From: Octopus vulgaris
Taxonomy: Eukaryota
Direction: 5' to 3'
Assembly (NCBI GenBank): GCA_951406725.2
Contig: OX597824.1
Span: forward strand, 59,892,001-59,956,000
DNA: 64,000 nt
This document shows, piece by piece, positions 12,501-24,235 of this stretch (position 1 is the first letter of the stretch; every line of letters begins with the position of its first letter). The notes under the pieces are model-generated. The model did no database searches. It saw only the letters and a program-made list of their open reading frames with translations, and was not told where the DNA came from. Position numbers and translations under genes: made by a program.

Positions 12501-13037
12501 AAAAATAACAATATGACATAAGGATAAATAAAATACATACTTACAAGTCAGTTTCAAATTATGAAGTGAAATTAAATTCTTAGCCGTTAAAAAAATCAAA
12601 CCAAAATTACGTTACCATAGAAATAACTTATGTAAAAAAAGAATACGCGCCATGGAAAGTAAACGTCATTTAAAATTATGAATGGAGAAAAAGAATAAAT
12701 GGAACTAAAAACTATATCCACGTGGCAAACCAACACTACTTAAAAAAATTTATTATGAATGGATTCTTTAAAAAACTACCATGAAAAATCATTATATACA
12801 TTTATGAGCTTCAGCTCACCTTAGCAGCTCTAACAAACAACTTGCAGCAACCCAACCCATTCTCGAAGCCTACCTCACTACCACAATTCCAAAACGCTAG
12901 TCCACCACCCGGTTACAATTCCCAACTCCACCCATTCATTCTCAATTTCAACGACGTTCGCCTCCACAGCGCTACATATAAGCCTCAACATATACACCGG
13001 AGATTCACTTACACATCCGTGCGGATGGGTGAGAGTA
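9565..13037. repeat. Tandem duplication of a ~1.74-kb unit with internal sub-repeats
   Basis: AATTCCTTAACAAACCTACCATG begins at 9565 and at 11308. Both units end CATCCGTGCGGATGGGTGAGAGT. Confidence 0.9.
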
Positions 13038-14219
13038 TACATTGAGTGTAGTGATGGGGCTCCCATTACTATACACATTTGTACCTGTGTGGTAGTCTCC
13101 ATGTGTATATTCACGCACGGGTATAAATGCAGGGGGTACACGTGCACGTCATTAGCGTGTACCCCCTCACATGTACATATGCATGCTATTTGGGCTCGAT
13201 ATATGCAACAATGTAATCGCGCCCGCATACATGCATATGGGCGAGTTGCACAATCAAAAAACGCACACATGTGTGTGTGCGTTCCCTGGTTGTGCAATTC
13301 ACCCATCTTGGTGTGAGTGGGTGTAAACGTATCGCTGTGGATGTCGAGCTTGATACGTATGTATATGAGTGTGTATTGGGGGGTTGTATGTATTTATTGT
13401 GTGCATGTGCTTCACGCACGTGCGTCCATGTATGGATGAATATATTGGGATTGCTAAGTGGGTGTAAATTGGGTATGGAGGGGGAGTTTTGTCATTGTAT
13501 GGGTGTGGGTTTCATATGTGATGGTGGTTAGTTGGTAATTTTTGGTATGTTCTGTATATTTGGGTTAGTTATGTATTATTCTAGTGTGTATAATTGTATA
13601 CATATGATTGGTGTGAGTGGGATTACAACAATTTTTGGGGATGTATGTGTTTATTTATCCAAATGGGGCGGGAGTGGCCGTTAGGTGTATATGTTGAGGC
13701 TCACATGCAATTCCAGGTACAGCGAATGAAGTGGGCACTTATATTTGTTATGGGTGTGTATACTTTATATAACAGACAATACCCAAATAAAATCTGTCAA
13801 TTCAACATACCAAATAAAAAGCAAAAAACAAAGGGATCATAAACATTCACACATACATACAAAACTCAATAAAAACACCACTAAATAACACCCATCAACA
13901 TATAAATATATCCTCCAAAATACATATAACAAATGCATAATAAAAATTAAAAAAATACATAATAAAATAAAATTAAAATAAAAAAATAAAAAAATAAAAA
14001 AATATATAAATAAATAAAATAAAAAAAATCTAATATAAATTATTAAAGTTTTAACATACCATATACTGTTAAATTAATATACATTAAAATGAACTAATTA
14101 AAACAAAGAAATATCAATAAAGACTAACTATAATTAAAGCCTAGACAACATAACCAAAAATATATATATCTAAACTAATTTAAACTAAACTAAAGTAACC
14201 TAAAAGGGAACTATTAATG

Positions 14220-15962
14220 CTATTTATCATGAAACTTATTATATAGGTAAAGTAACTTATGTCTGCATTTTATTTTGCGCTCTTCACCAGTATTAAGTAA
14301 ATTATCATACTTATAAAATAAAATTTCTTTAAACTCATTAGAGCATAAATAACAACAATTAGCTCCTATAGTATATGATTTAGTTTTACAAATTATTTCC
14401 CAAATTAAACTATAATTAATATTTAGTGATTTAATACTCCAAATGTACTTACTAAGTCCGGTTGAGTTGATTAAGTTTTTATTTTTAAAAGAATTCATAT
14501 GTTGTGCGATTCTTAGTTTTATTTTTGAGGAAGTTGAACCTATATAAACCGCTTTTGTGTAATTATTATTCTTAAAGTTATTATCATGTAATGTAACTAT
14601 ACATTTATACACTACATCGTTAATATCACAATTATTATTTAATATACAATTAGATTTATCTCTACATGTACAATTAATATAAGTCTTATCATTATTAATA
14701 TTATTATCAAATAATTTCTTTTTATAAAAATTATTCAGTTTATATTTATTAAATGAAGAAATAATGTTACCAACATTATTAGTGGTAGAGTAACCAACTC
14801 CAAAATTATTAAAAGAGAAAATGTTTCTATATTTACGATTATCTCTAATAAATAGTTCTATAACATCTAAAATCTCTTTAATAATATTCGTTTTTACTTG
14901 ATCTCCATAAGGAACTATTAACCAAATTTTATTCTTATTAACCTTATTATTATTATCATTATTATAAATATATTTATAATTCTTTATTTTATTAAAATTA
15001 TTATCAGAATAATATCTATGTACAGCATTTAAGGAATTATTAATATTATTAAATTTATCAATATAATTATTATAATAATTATTAAATTTATTTTTATTTT
15101 TATTATTCTTATTTATATTATTATTATTATATTTATTATTATTATTATTATTATTATTTATATTTTTATCATTTTTATTTTTTTTTTTATAATATCTATT
15201 ATTTTTACCACTAAACCTAACAAAATTATAATTATTATTAGAAGTATCTCGAAAATTAACAATTAAATCTTTATCACTAATATTATAAAATTTAATATTC
15301 CTATTATAACCTGCCCCTCTAAGGGCCTCATTATAATAATTAGCATGTTTATTAAAAATCTCTATATCATAAGAGAGTAATGAAATACGTTTACTTATAT
15401 TATTAATCAACGATTTTTTAATAGAAAATGGGTGATTACTATTAACATTTATATATCTAAGGTTCTCATTAAGTTTATGATATGGTTGTGTTTTACCTGT
15501 AATAAGATTAAAATTAACATCTAAATAATTAACATTATAATTCTCCTTATATATAGTAATACTTAAACCATATCTTTTAAAGAAACTATATAGTTTTTTC
15601 TTATATACTTCTAGATTCCTATTAGTACAATTCTTTGTAACTAGTAGAAGATCGTCTCTATATAAACCACCCTCTATCTTAAGATTTTCTAATTGGAGTT
15701 CAGATAAAAGAAAAATACCTACTAAATCAGTAGCCTGTGCAGAATCTGGTGCTCCCATAGGTATATCAAAACAATCTCTAGTATCATTCCTAGCCCATAA
15801 TTTATTTTTATATTTAATTAGCGATTTCCTAGCCATTTTAATTACATTAACTTCTTCCCGTGACATACCCACTTTATTCATTGCGAAAATAAGCGCTTTA
15901 TTAAACACAATTTCATTAATAGAAGAATAATAATTATCTATATCTATTTGAATAAATTTATA
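14220..15962 (-). CDS. PLE RT (from motif A onward) + GIY-YIG endonuclease; 5'-truncated, open frame
   Basis: Motifs [91 protein letters not shown] and CRH. The upstream part of ORF 14220-16427 is microsatellite read-through. Confidence 0.88.
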   Translation of the reverse strand, partial: YKFIQIDIDNYYSSINEIVFNKALIFAMNKVGMSREEVNVIKMARKSLIKYKNKLWARNDTRDCFDIPMGAPDSAQATDLVGIFLLSELQLENLKIEGGLYRDDLLLVTKNCTNRNLEVYKKKLYSFFKRYGLSITIYKENYNVNYLDVNFNLITGKTQPYHKLNENLRYINVNSNHPFSIKKSLINNISKRISLLSYDIEIFNKHANYYNEALRGAGYNRNIKFYNISDKDLIVNFRDTSNNNYNFVRFSGKNNRYYKKKNKNDKNINNNNNNNNKYNNNNINKNNKNKNKFNNYYNNYIDKFNNINNSLNAVHRYYSDNNFNKIKNYKYIYNNDNNNKVNKNKIWLIVPYGDQVKTNIIKEILDVIELFIRDNRKYRNIFSFNNFGVGYSTTNNVGNIISSFNKYKLNNFYKKKLFDNNINNDKTYINCTCRDKSNCILNNNCDINDVVYKCIVTLHDNNFKNNNYTKAVYIGSTSSKIKLRIAQHMNSFKNKNLINSTGLSKYIWSIKSLNINYSLIWEIICKTKSYTIGANCCYLCSNEFKEILFYKYDNLLNTGEERKIKCRHKLLYLYNKFHDK

Positions 15963-15982
15963 TGTATATGTATATATATATG

Positions 15983-16019
<37 letters not shown>

Positions 16020-16094
16020 GTAAATATATATGTGTGTATATATATATATGTGTATATATATGTATATATGTATATATATATGTATATATATATG

Positions 16095-16129
<35 letters not shown>

Positions 16130-16190
16130 ATGTATATATATATATGTATATATATATATGTGTATATATATATATGTATATATATATATG

Positions 16191-16251
<61 letters not shown>

Positions 16252-16271
16252 GTATATATATGTATATATAT

Positions 16272-17370
16272 TGTTACGAGGGAACCTCCGAAAACTGTAC
16301 GGAATCCCTCAGACAGGCCCGACTCGATCAGCGAATGTTCTCGCCACGGAAACTCGTCGGAGAGGAGAGGAGAGACACAACAACAACAACCGCAGCAGCA
16401 CAGAGAGATACAGAGGCACAGAGGCAAGGCAACACTGGCAACACTGGCTTACATTCAACAACTAGTTTATATGACAATCAATGGTTACAACATCAAAGCA
16501 TTTAAGGCAAACAACAAATCAATACATCATACGGGTATACCACAGATCAAAGCATTTAACAACATGCATGTAACAATATAACAGTGTTCAGTAACGACAC
16601 AACAAGTCCAGATCAAATAATGTTCACGATACGTCACAGTCCAATCAGAACACTTCGATACATTATACAATGTTCGTATCACAACAATTCACGTTACAAT
16701 TCAACAAGTCCTTTACTGTTCTTTTCACCGTTCATTTCTTTTCACTGTCTCTTTACACCGTGACACGTATCAATACACAATCACATACCTTAATTCCTAA
16801 CTGAATCGCCAGTGTCCCATTCTGCTCTCATCTCTCTCTCAATACTGCTAAATCCAGCTTGCCAAACTCCTGCATCCCAACTTGCTTGCTCCTAAGATTC
16901 CACCTACTCGCTCTGACTTCCAGAATCCCACTTCGACGACCGACTCCAACTCCCAAGACCTCACTTCCTCTCTAACTGCCCTGCTCCCTTACTGCCCTGC
17001 TCCCTTACTGCCTATCTCTATCGCCTCAATCTGTCCCTTAGCCTTATACTCTATCTCTCTCACTTCTTTTCTTCTCTCTGCCCCTCATCCTCTCTTACTG
17101 CCAATACCCTCTAAATCTGCTCTTAGATTCCCTACTCTATCTTTCTCGCCCGCTGCCTATCACCCTCTCATGACAGCTCTGCCATACTCTCTATCTGCTC
17201 TCAGCCCTACTGCCTATCTCTCTCACGACAGCTCTCAGATCCCTTAATCTGTCTTCCTCTTCCACATTCTCTCTGACCCCTTCTCGACCGGCACAAGGGC
17301 AAAGGTCCTTCCAAAAGCCATTAGTCTCCCAGTAAACAAAGGGCTGTCCCTTTTCTTCCAGACGTGCCGG
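16272..17370 (-). mobile_element. Possible solo or partial LTR
   Basis: Non-coding block starting TGTTAC (minus-strand end ...GTAACA) next to (TA)n. The other end is not clearly defined. Confidence 0.3.
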
Positions 17371-17371
17371 C

Positions 17372-18750
17372 GAAACTGTAACCTAAATTGGTTGTAGAGT
17401 TTACAGTGGTTTCATAAATGATTGTCTCGGACATGCAAGCTCCATTTAGCGGGCACAAATTGTTATCCTTGCATGAACAACTGGTTTCATTTTGTAGTTT
17501 CGAGAAAAGAAATATTTAGCCCCTACAGAGGGGAATTTCAAGGCCAGGTTCAATAATCACTCCTTCAGATTCAGGCACTGGGATAAAAGGAAAACGACCA
17601 AATTATCTGGTCACATATGGTCTTTAAAAGATAAAGGTATCAGTTACAACATCGATTGGAAGATCTTAGCCAAGTGTAAGCCTTACACCAACGGCAGTGG
17701 TAAGTGCGGTCTTTGAGATATGGAAACAGGGCTCATCTGGAAAAGCAGCTTAGACCCTGCTACATGTCTAAATTCAAGATCTGAACCTTTCGGATCATAT
17801 TCACATGTGGCTAAATATTTGTTACGTTTTTGGTCCCCCATAAGATCACAGATAGAACTTGCTTTTTATCTCGTGTCCACGTAGAAGCGTTTTATCTCTA
17901 TACTTTTTATATATATTTCTTATATATTTTTTACATATTTTTACATACTTATTGAGATATATTTTTATATTTTTATTGCTTTATATATTTTTACACTTTT
18001 TTCCTGTATTTTACCTTCCACTCTGCATTTTTCTTGTGCATGTGCATATATAGACGTGCATATGAAATTTTCATGTGCATGTGTGTGTGTGCGGGTATGT
18101 ATATATGTATATGTATATGCACATGTGTATGGCTGCATATGTACGTGAGAGTCCACGCGAGTGTAAGTGAGCATATGCATATTTAGCATGTATGTTTTTA
18201 GAGGTGCATTTGAATATAACTGTGCGCGTATGGTTACGTGCACGTGTGTGTCTGTGTGTGTGTGTGTGCGTGTATGCGCGCGTGTGTGTGAATTTGTATA
18301 CGTGTAGATGCATGTTTGCATATATACGTGCATCTATTTGACGTATGTGTCAGTGCGCATGTGTGTGTTTCATGCGAGTCTGAGTGAACCTATACATATA
18401 GGTACATGTACGTGGGTGTGCGTGTGCGCATGTGTATGTATGTATGTATGTATGTATGTATGTATTATGTATGTACATGCACGCACACGCGATTGCTATG
18501 GGCTTTCTTACTCCTTTACTTTTTACTTCCTCCCCTTCGGTTTTTTCCCTCGTTTAACGGTCATCCTAATAGCTCTTTTGTCTTAATAACGGTCATTTAC
18601 ATAGTAATTTCCCTTTGTTTAAGAGTCATTTTCTGAGCATATTTTAATTGCCTCGATAACTGAAGAGATGCCGATGCAGGTTTCCGCCCCGACATCCGAA
18701 ACTCGGAGTTTTATTATGACAACCGAATAACTGTCACATACTATATTACA
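17372..18750 (+). mobile_element. Second Hydra-type PLE 3' fragment with a 5' inversion (degenerate)
   Basis: Minus strand 17500-17377 encodes TSCSCKDNNLCPLNGACMSETIIYETTV. Plus strand ~17520-17840 encodes TEGNFKARFNNH..LSGHIWSLKDKGISYNIDWKILAKCKPY..CGL*..CLNSRSE. A hammerhead follows, then (TA)n. Confidence 0.8.
18655..18715 (+). ncRNA. Type I hammerhead ribozyme motif
   Basis: GATAA-CTGAAGA-GATGCCG...CGACATC-C-GAAAC-TCGGA-GTT-TTATT. Confidence 0.7.
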
Positions 18751-18763
18751 AATATATATATAT

Positions 18764-18811
<48 letters not shown>

Positions 18812-18815
<4 letters not shown>

Positions 18816-18866
18816 ATAGAAGGAGCTTCTACAGGAAGAAGTCCTGTAGAAGCTCCTTCTATAAAA
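18812..18866. repeat. Perfect 25-bp inverted repeat with a 5-nt loop
   Basis: TTTTATAGAAGGAGCTTCTACAGGA-AGAAG-TCCTGTAGAAGCTCCTTCTATAAAA, lying between (TA)n tracts. Confidence 0.9.
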
Positions 18867-18935
18867 ATAAATTAATTTACTCTGCTATGTATTGAGTACC
18901 TTATTTACTGTGGTTAACCCCGACTCAACCCGGGA

Positions 18936-18978
<43 letters not shown>

Positions 18979-19064
18979 AAGGGTGGAAAGGAACACACGA
19001 GTTGATATATATGTAAAAATAAGTCAAAATAGAAAATGCTATAATAATTTTATAGTGAACATTT

Positions 19065-19102
19065 CAGTACCGGTTTCGGTCATTTTGAGACCTTTTCAAC
19101 TG
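19065..19102 (-). ncRNA. Type I hammerhead ribozyme motif with U3-A8 covariation
   Basis: Minus strand: CAG-TTGAAAA-GGTC(TCAAAAT)GACC-GAAAC-CG-GTA-CTG, about 90 nt from a (TA)n boundary. Confidence 0.7.
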
Positions 19103-19785
19103 TAACGATTAAATAATTAAATTTAGAAAAATTAGAAGAAAAGTTTTTTTAAGGGAATATTTCTATAGTAGTGTTCAGATATAAGTGGCATTCTGCTTAT
19201 AACTTTTTGTCGGTGTTCGTCCCTCACCACTGCTTATATCTGATTTCTTTTACAACAAATTTGTCGAAAACAATCCCATGTGACTAATGTTCAAAATGTT
19301 GAGATATTTGAATTAGATGTCTTGATTAGAGTTTTATTTTATTGATTATCTTTAAATCTTCTGAGCATTTGTTGTTTATGTTGCAAACTGGTAGAGTCAT
19401 TACAGCACAAGGAGAAAATGATTTGTAGTATGTCTTCTGACTCTTTGCCTTCTGTGTTGAAATCCTTATAAGTTCAACTCAGTTTTTCATCCTTTCAGGG
19501 TTGATGAAATAAAGTAGCAGTCAAGTACAGGGGTCAATGGTTTTGAGTAATCCAAGCCCTAAAAATTGTTGGCCTTGTGCCAAAATTTGGCAGTGAGATG
19601 GTAAAAAACCTTACCACACTGGACAAAATGCTTAGCAGCATTTCTTCTGGTTAGTTCAGATATTGGCAAGGGCAACTTTTCCTTATATCCTTTCAGGGTT
19701 GATAAAATAAGTACCTGTTAAACATTTGGAACGACTAGCAATCGACTAGTTTCCTCCCTTAATAACGTTTCAGGCTTTGTGCCAA

Positions 19786-19835
<50 letters not shown>

Positions 19836-20319
19836 AGGAACAATATAACCTTACTAAGTGTGTGGCAGTGTAACTATGTTGGAAAAATCCATACTAATCG
19901 AAGCGAAAACATGAATGCAGCATTAACCATGCTAAGGTGTGTACTACATGACAAAAACGTATGAAAGCTGTTCAATGAACCACGATGGAAGAAGTAGTAT
20001 ATGTTAGCAGAGTAAAGGTATAGTGAGTACTACTCGATACTGAGATGACCGGTACTGTTTTACAACTTGCGAAATAGTAAACAGTAAAGTGTGAGAGGAG
20101 TGACTCTATAACCCTGGAGATGCTGGACTCGAAAGAGGGAGAGCTATGATGCCAAAGCCCCGGAGACGTTGGATTCTTAGAGAGAGAGAAAAGTGATATT
20201 ATAACCTTGGAGGACTCTAAATCTACTTGCCACAATTCTCAGGAACAGAAAAAAATTGGTGCACGGGATTAATGACAGCAGCTGAGATACGAGGGGTACT
20301 GAATACATATCATGTGATC

Positions 20320-20570
20320 ACGTAACCAACCAGACTATTAGATGTTACACATTGCTGGTAACAATGCTCTTTGCATTGTTTTAGCCATCAAATGACGCCA
20401 CTCTGCTGGCTAAGCGAGCAGGCCAACATTCCCCTTTGATCGAAAAGTGACTGAAGCAACGTGAAATGAAGTGTTTTGCTCAAGAACAGAACGCGCCGCC
20501 CGGTCTGAGAATCGAACCTACGATCTAGCGATCGTGGGTGCAACAGTCTAACTACTGGGGCACGCGCCTT
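20320..20570 (-). mobile_element. tRNA-derived SINE
   Basis: Minus strand begins GGCGCGTGCCCCAGTAGTTAGA...GGTTCGATTCTC (A/B boxes), followed by TTCTTGAGCAAAACACTTCATTTCAC. Confidence 0.65.
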
Positions 20571-21399
20571 CACACCGAATGAAAGGAGGAAACTGCAGGA
20601 CAAAAAGGCTGCCGTTGTTTTCGTTTGATCTCTAGATTTGTTAGTCCAAGTCTTAGCAAATATGAACTAAAATTCTCAACAGACTTGGAGTGTTCTTGGT
20701 TGCATAAATGATCAGTTAGTTGTGGTACAGTAGCGGGGTATACTAGATGGTTGCCACGATAGACAAAGGTTAAAAGATATATGATGAAAGTTGCGTTCAG
20801 GCTGCGTATAATGATCACAAAACACTCGGGATCAATTAACAGAGTTTTTTTCTCCGCATAAATAATTTTCATGTTTTCATGTTTATTCGTGAATTAAAAA
20901 ATTATGACAACAAAGTTTACACACTGGAAAGAATTTTATGTAGCTTTTACAAATAGTTGATTTAAAAGGCTCTGTAATTAAGCTGCGGAAACAGGAGAAA
21001 ATATACTGGGATCCTGTCAGCGAACTGTAGCTGCGTGTCTAGATTCAGTGAGAGTCGTGATAACGACTGTTAAAAGCAACAAAATAAGTATGCAGTTAGC
21101 TTAGCTGCAGGCGGCGCTCAAAAGCCTTTTATGGAGAATATTCTAGATGCGTCTAAAAAGATGCATCATGTGATGTTTGGCTACTGACTTGTCTATAATT
21201 CGGCCGATCACTTGAAAACTGTTACTTAAATGTGATTTTAACTTGGCAATTCGTCGATTCGGTTTCAAATCTTGCTACTATACTGGTAAGGACGGACTCA
21301 AACAAGAGGGTAACAATAGAAAATTTTAAATTGCTCTATGTCGAGTTTAAAAATCCAGTCAAGATACTGTCAAAGAGTGTTGTAGGGAATTAGTAATAA

Positions 21400-22725
21400 T
21401 GGTACAACTCTCACACGTGATGAACGGAATAACCTAGTCACTATAAGTAAAGAGAAGTACGAAAAGTACCAGAGTTCGTAGTAGGCGGACAAGGAAAATT
21501 GAAATCATGTCGACCGCTCAAGTCGAAAAGGCATTAAAACCAATCTGGCAAGGGATTTCTTACTTTGCCAGAGAAAGAAAGTTTGGAACGGTAGAGCTGC
21601 AGTTCCGGGAGGTAGCTAATGCTAGGCTGCACTCGGCAACAGCCTTGGGAGGTGTGCTTCCAGAGTTAGGGTAGAAGATATACCCCCAGAAATTGATGTA
21701 GCCTGGCTAGCAGCTGTCATACTGCTGGGCACGAAAGAGAAGGTAGTAGTCCTCCAGGCCACCAGAGCACCCCATAAGAACTGGCAAGAGCAGAGCCCAA
21801 ATATGATAATGTAGGCGGCCCCGGAAGACCTTGAAAACATGGTCGAGACCATCACGGTCGAAGAGGTGACACTCAGGGTCAGAGCAAAAGGCAGAATCCC
21901 GCGATGCTATAAATGTGACCTGAAAGGCCACATTAGAGCGGACTGTCCGCCACCTGTGAAGATTAAAGAGAAACCCGAGAGCAGAAAGGAAATCACGACT
22001 TCACCACCAACGAAAACCAGTACCAGCGCCGAGGAAGAGGAGGTGAACGAGGGAAAGAACGGATGGGAAACGGCTGGGAAAAAAGAAGAAAGAGAAGTAA
22101 AAAAAGCACACTTTGTAAATGATGACCCTCATCCCACACCCACTCCACTCCCACCCACACCCACTCTACTCCAGCCTCCCCCTACAGACACCTACCCTCT
22201 CCATGCCTCACCTGACACAAAAAAGCACAAGCACACAGGAGCCCCAAACTTCCCCACTCTTGCATGTAAGAAAAAATATGTTATACTATACAACGGACGA
22301 AATGAAAACTTTATAATGAGATAGACTCGTAGGACAGAACGATAAAAGTGAATACTACAGAAGTTAGGGGATTGCCCAAGTTCTTTCAGTGTGTGGTGCC
22401 AGAGTATCTTTCGAGAGTAAAGGATTATGAGGAGGACTTTGATTGGTGGGTCAAGAAAATGGACACCAGTACAATACCAGAATGGGTAAGCTATTTTGAA
22501 CTTTTAAAGAAATTTAACATGGATATTCTTCGGAAAGAATAACTGTTACAGATAATGTTTTAAAATTTTGTATTAACAGGTTCAATGAAGTTGCTCGGAG
22601 GTGAGGCCGAATGGCTTCATTTCATTTATCATTTTATCTAATTCGTCCTTTCCAACCTTTTTTCTGTCCTCCACCATGTGGTGTCTCGTCTGTGTTAGGA
22701 ACTGTGTGGCCAATAAAAGAAAAAG
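21400..22725 (+). mobile_element. Degenerate Tx1/L1-group LINE derivative (ORF1 with zinc knuckle + 3' end)
   Basis: RKFGTVELQF, IPPEIDVAW and CYKCDLKGHIRADC (CX2CX4HX4C). Ends GTGTGGCCAATAAAAGAAAAA. Homologous to the ORF1 at 54690-53800 that lies next to APE/RT fragments. Confidence 0.65.
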
Positions 22726-23177
22726 TATGTAGTACGCAGTCGTGCTACTTCCACAGTTCACAGTGTGTCGTGTTGTTTCTATATTGGATGGCTTTATGAA
22801 GATACTGTTGAATTTGTTACTGTTTGTTGAACGCTGTTACCTGCTTAGCAGGTCTGTTGTTGGAATTCTGTGCTTTCCTCTAAGGGGGAAAGATTTGAAC
22901 GTTGAGTTTTTTCTTTCTTTTTTTTTTTTTTTTGAACTGTAACTTATTGAAAGTTTTTGTTTGTAAACTGTATCCTTCACCCTACGGGGGGGGGGACTGA
23001 ACTCGTGATTCTCATTTGCAAGAATTTTTCAAAAAATATTTTTCACTTTTGTGAGGAATTTATTTAAAAACAAATCTTGTTCTACTGTGCGAGGAATTTC
23101 TTTCTTTTCCTCCTTTGCAAGCAATTTATTTAAGAAATCTTTTTCTCCTGTCTGAGAAATTTATTATATATATATAT

Positions 23178-23550
23178 TTCTATACTTTACATTATCGAGC
23201 GATTACTGTTTCAATCTCATTCTGAGATTTAATTATGCTTACTGTTCGTTTTTCGACATCAGTGGCAGACGCCATTAGAAAAACTTATATCTATTTGCAA
23301 AGGAGCCTTCACTTTCATCGCTACCTGGTGGTTGCCGCCCGTTGACGAGGGACAAATATCCCGAAACTAGTTCGAGCGTATCACTCAGGCTTGCGAGGAA
23401 GGGATGGCCTCCCTTTGCAAATACTCCAAAGATACAGATATTGTGTTTAGAGCCAGCTAGAGACGAAGATCTCTTGGGGCTATAAAGCTACAGTAACAAC
23501 CCCCTCCCCAATGTGGTTAGCCATGATAAGATGGCTTCTATATTTTACAT
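23178..23550 (+). mobile_element. Second retrozyme-like hammerhead element (358-nt monomer with terminal direct repeat)
   Basis: TTCTATACTTTACAT (23178) and TTCTATATTTTACAT (23536) bound the element. It is colinear and homologous with 8364-8714, and is preceded by (TA)n. Confidence 0.72.
23336..23378 (+). ncRNA. Type I hammerhead ribozyme motif
   Basis: CGCCCG-TTGACGA-GGGA(CAAATA)TCCC-GAAAC-TA-GTT-CGAGCG. C3 is replaced by U; stem III is the palindrome ACTAGT. Confidence 0.75.
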
Positions 23551-23569
23551 ATATCTGTGTTTTTCTACG

Positions 23570-24235
23570 GAAAATTATGACAAACCAAAGTGTGGAAGTG
23601 GTAAAGGAACGAATGGTTCTAGAAGAGGCCAACATGGGTAACCAAACGAATGATGGAGTAAAAAATTTCGCTCCGGTAACCGCAGTCCATAAGGAAAGCC
23701 TTGAAATAACAAGGTCGGAATACCAAACGTTTTATGGCATGTTATCCTTGGATGGGGGCGATGTTTGAATCGTCACCCCGCAAGCGACATCACGACACAG
23801 ACTAAAAATAAATGTATAATATGCAAAACTTACGACGCAGAAAACAGAAAGATCGCTAATGTGACCAAAGAAAAAAATTGAAAAATGCCTCGGACCAGTC
23901 TGGAAGGATGTGGCGTATGTTGCCCGAGGCAGGAAGTTCTCCTCAATCGAGATTAGATTTGTAATGGCGGAAAAAGCCAGGGAGCACCCAGTACTCACAC
24001 TAAAAACAAAAGAGGTGGTACTCCTGCCTTGATATTTGGGATGCAGAACGTCCCGGATCAAGATGCAAGAAGTACCGCCAGAAATTGACGCTGCCTGGGT
24101 GGTAGCTGCTCTTTGTTATTCTTTTCATTTATTAATCATACTTTTACTCATTCGATTCTTTCTTTTTTCGGCCCCACGTGTAATGTCCTGTATCGTCCCC
24201 TCTATGTTCGGCTTTGTGTGGCCAATAAAGAAAAT
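23570..24235 (+). mobile_element. Degenerate Tx1/L1-group LINE derivative (ORF1 fragment + 3' end)
   Basis: ARGRKFSSIEIRF and VPPEIDAAWV. Ends GTGTGGCCAATAAAGAAAA, like 22700-22720. Confidence 0.6.

Larger units (their letters stand above)
8761..15962 (-). mobile_element. 5'-truncated AT-rich Penelope-like element (Hydra-type) with a very long 3' region
   Basis: RT-GIY-YIG ORF at 15962-14220, ~5.4 kb of non-coding tail with a hammerhead ~180 nt from its end, and (TA)n at both boundaries. That the whole tail belongs to one element is inference. Confidence 0.75.

Noticed and set aside
9400-13040. Regularly recurring motifs that might suggest a CRISPR-like array
   Set aside because: Units are long degenerate duplications without unique spacers, in eukaryotic DNA with no cas genes.
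15963-16427. N-terminal extension of the 735-aa ORF (YIYI repeats, CCC tract)
   Set aside because: It is translation of a (TA)n/(TG)n microsatellite and adjacent repeat that happens to lack stops. PLE homology starts at KFIQID.
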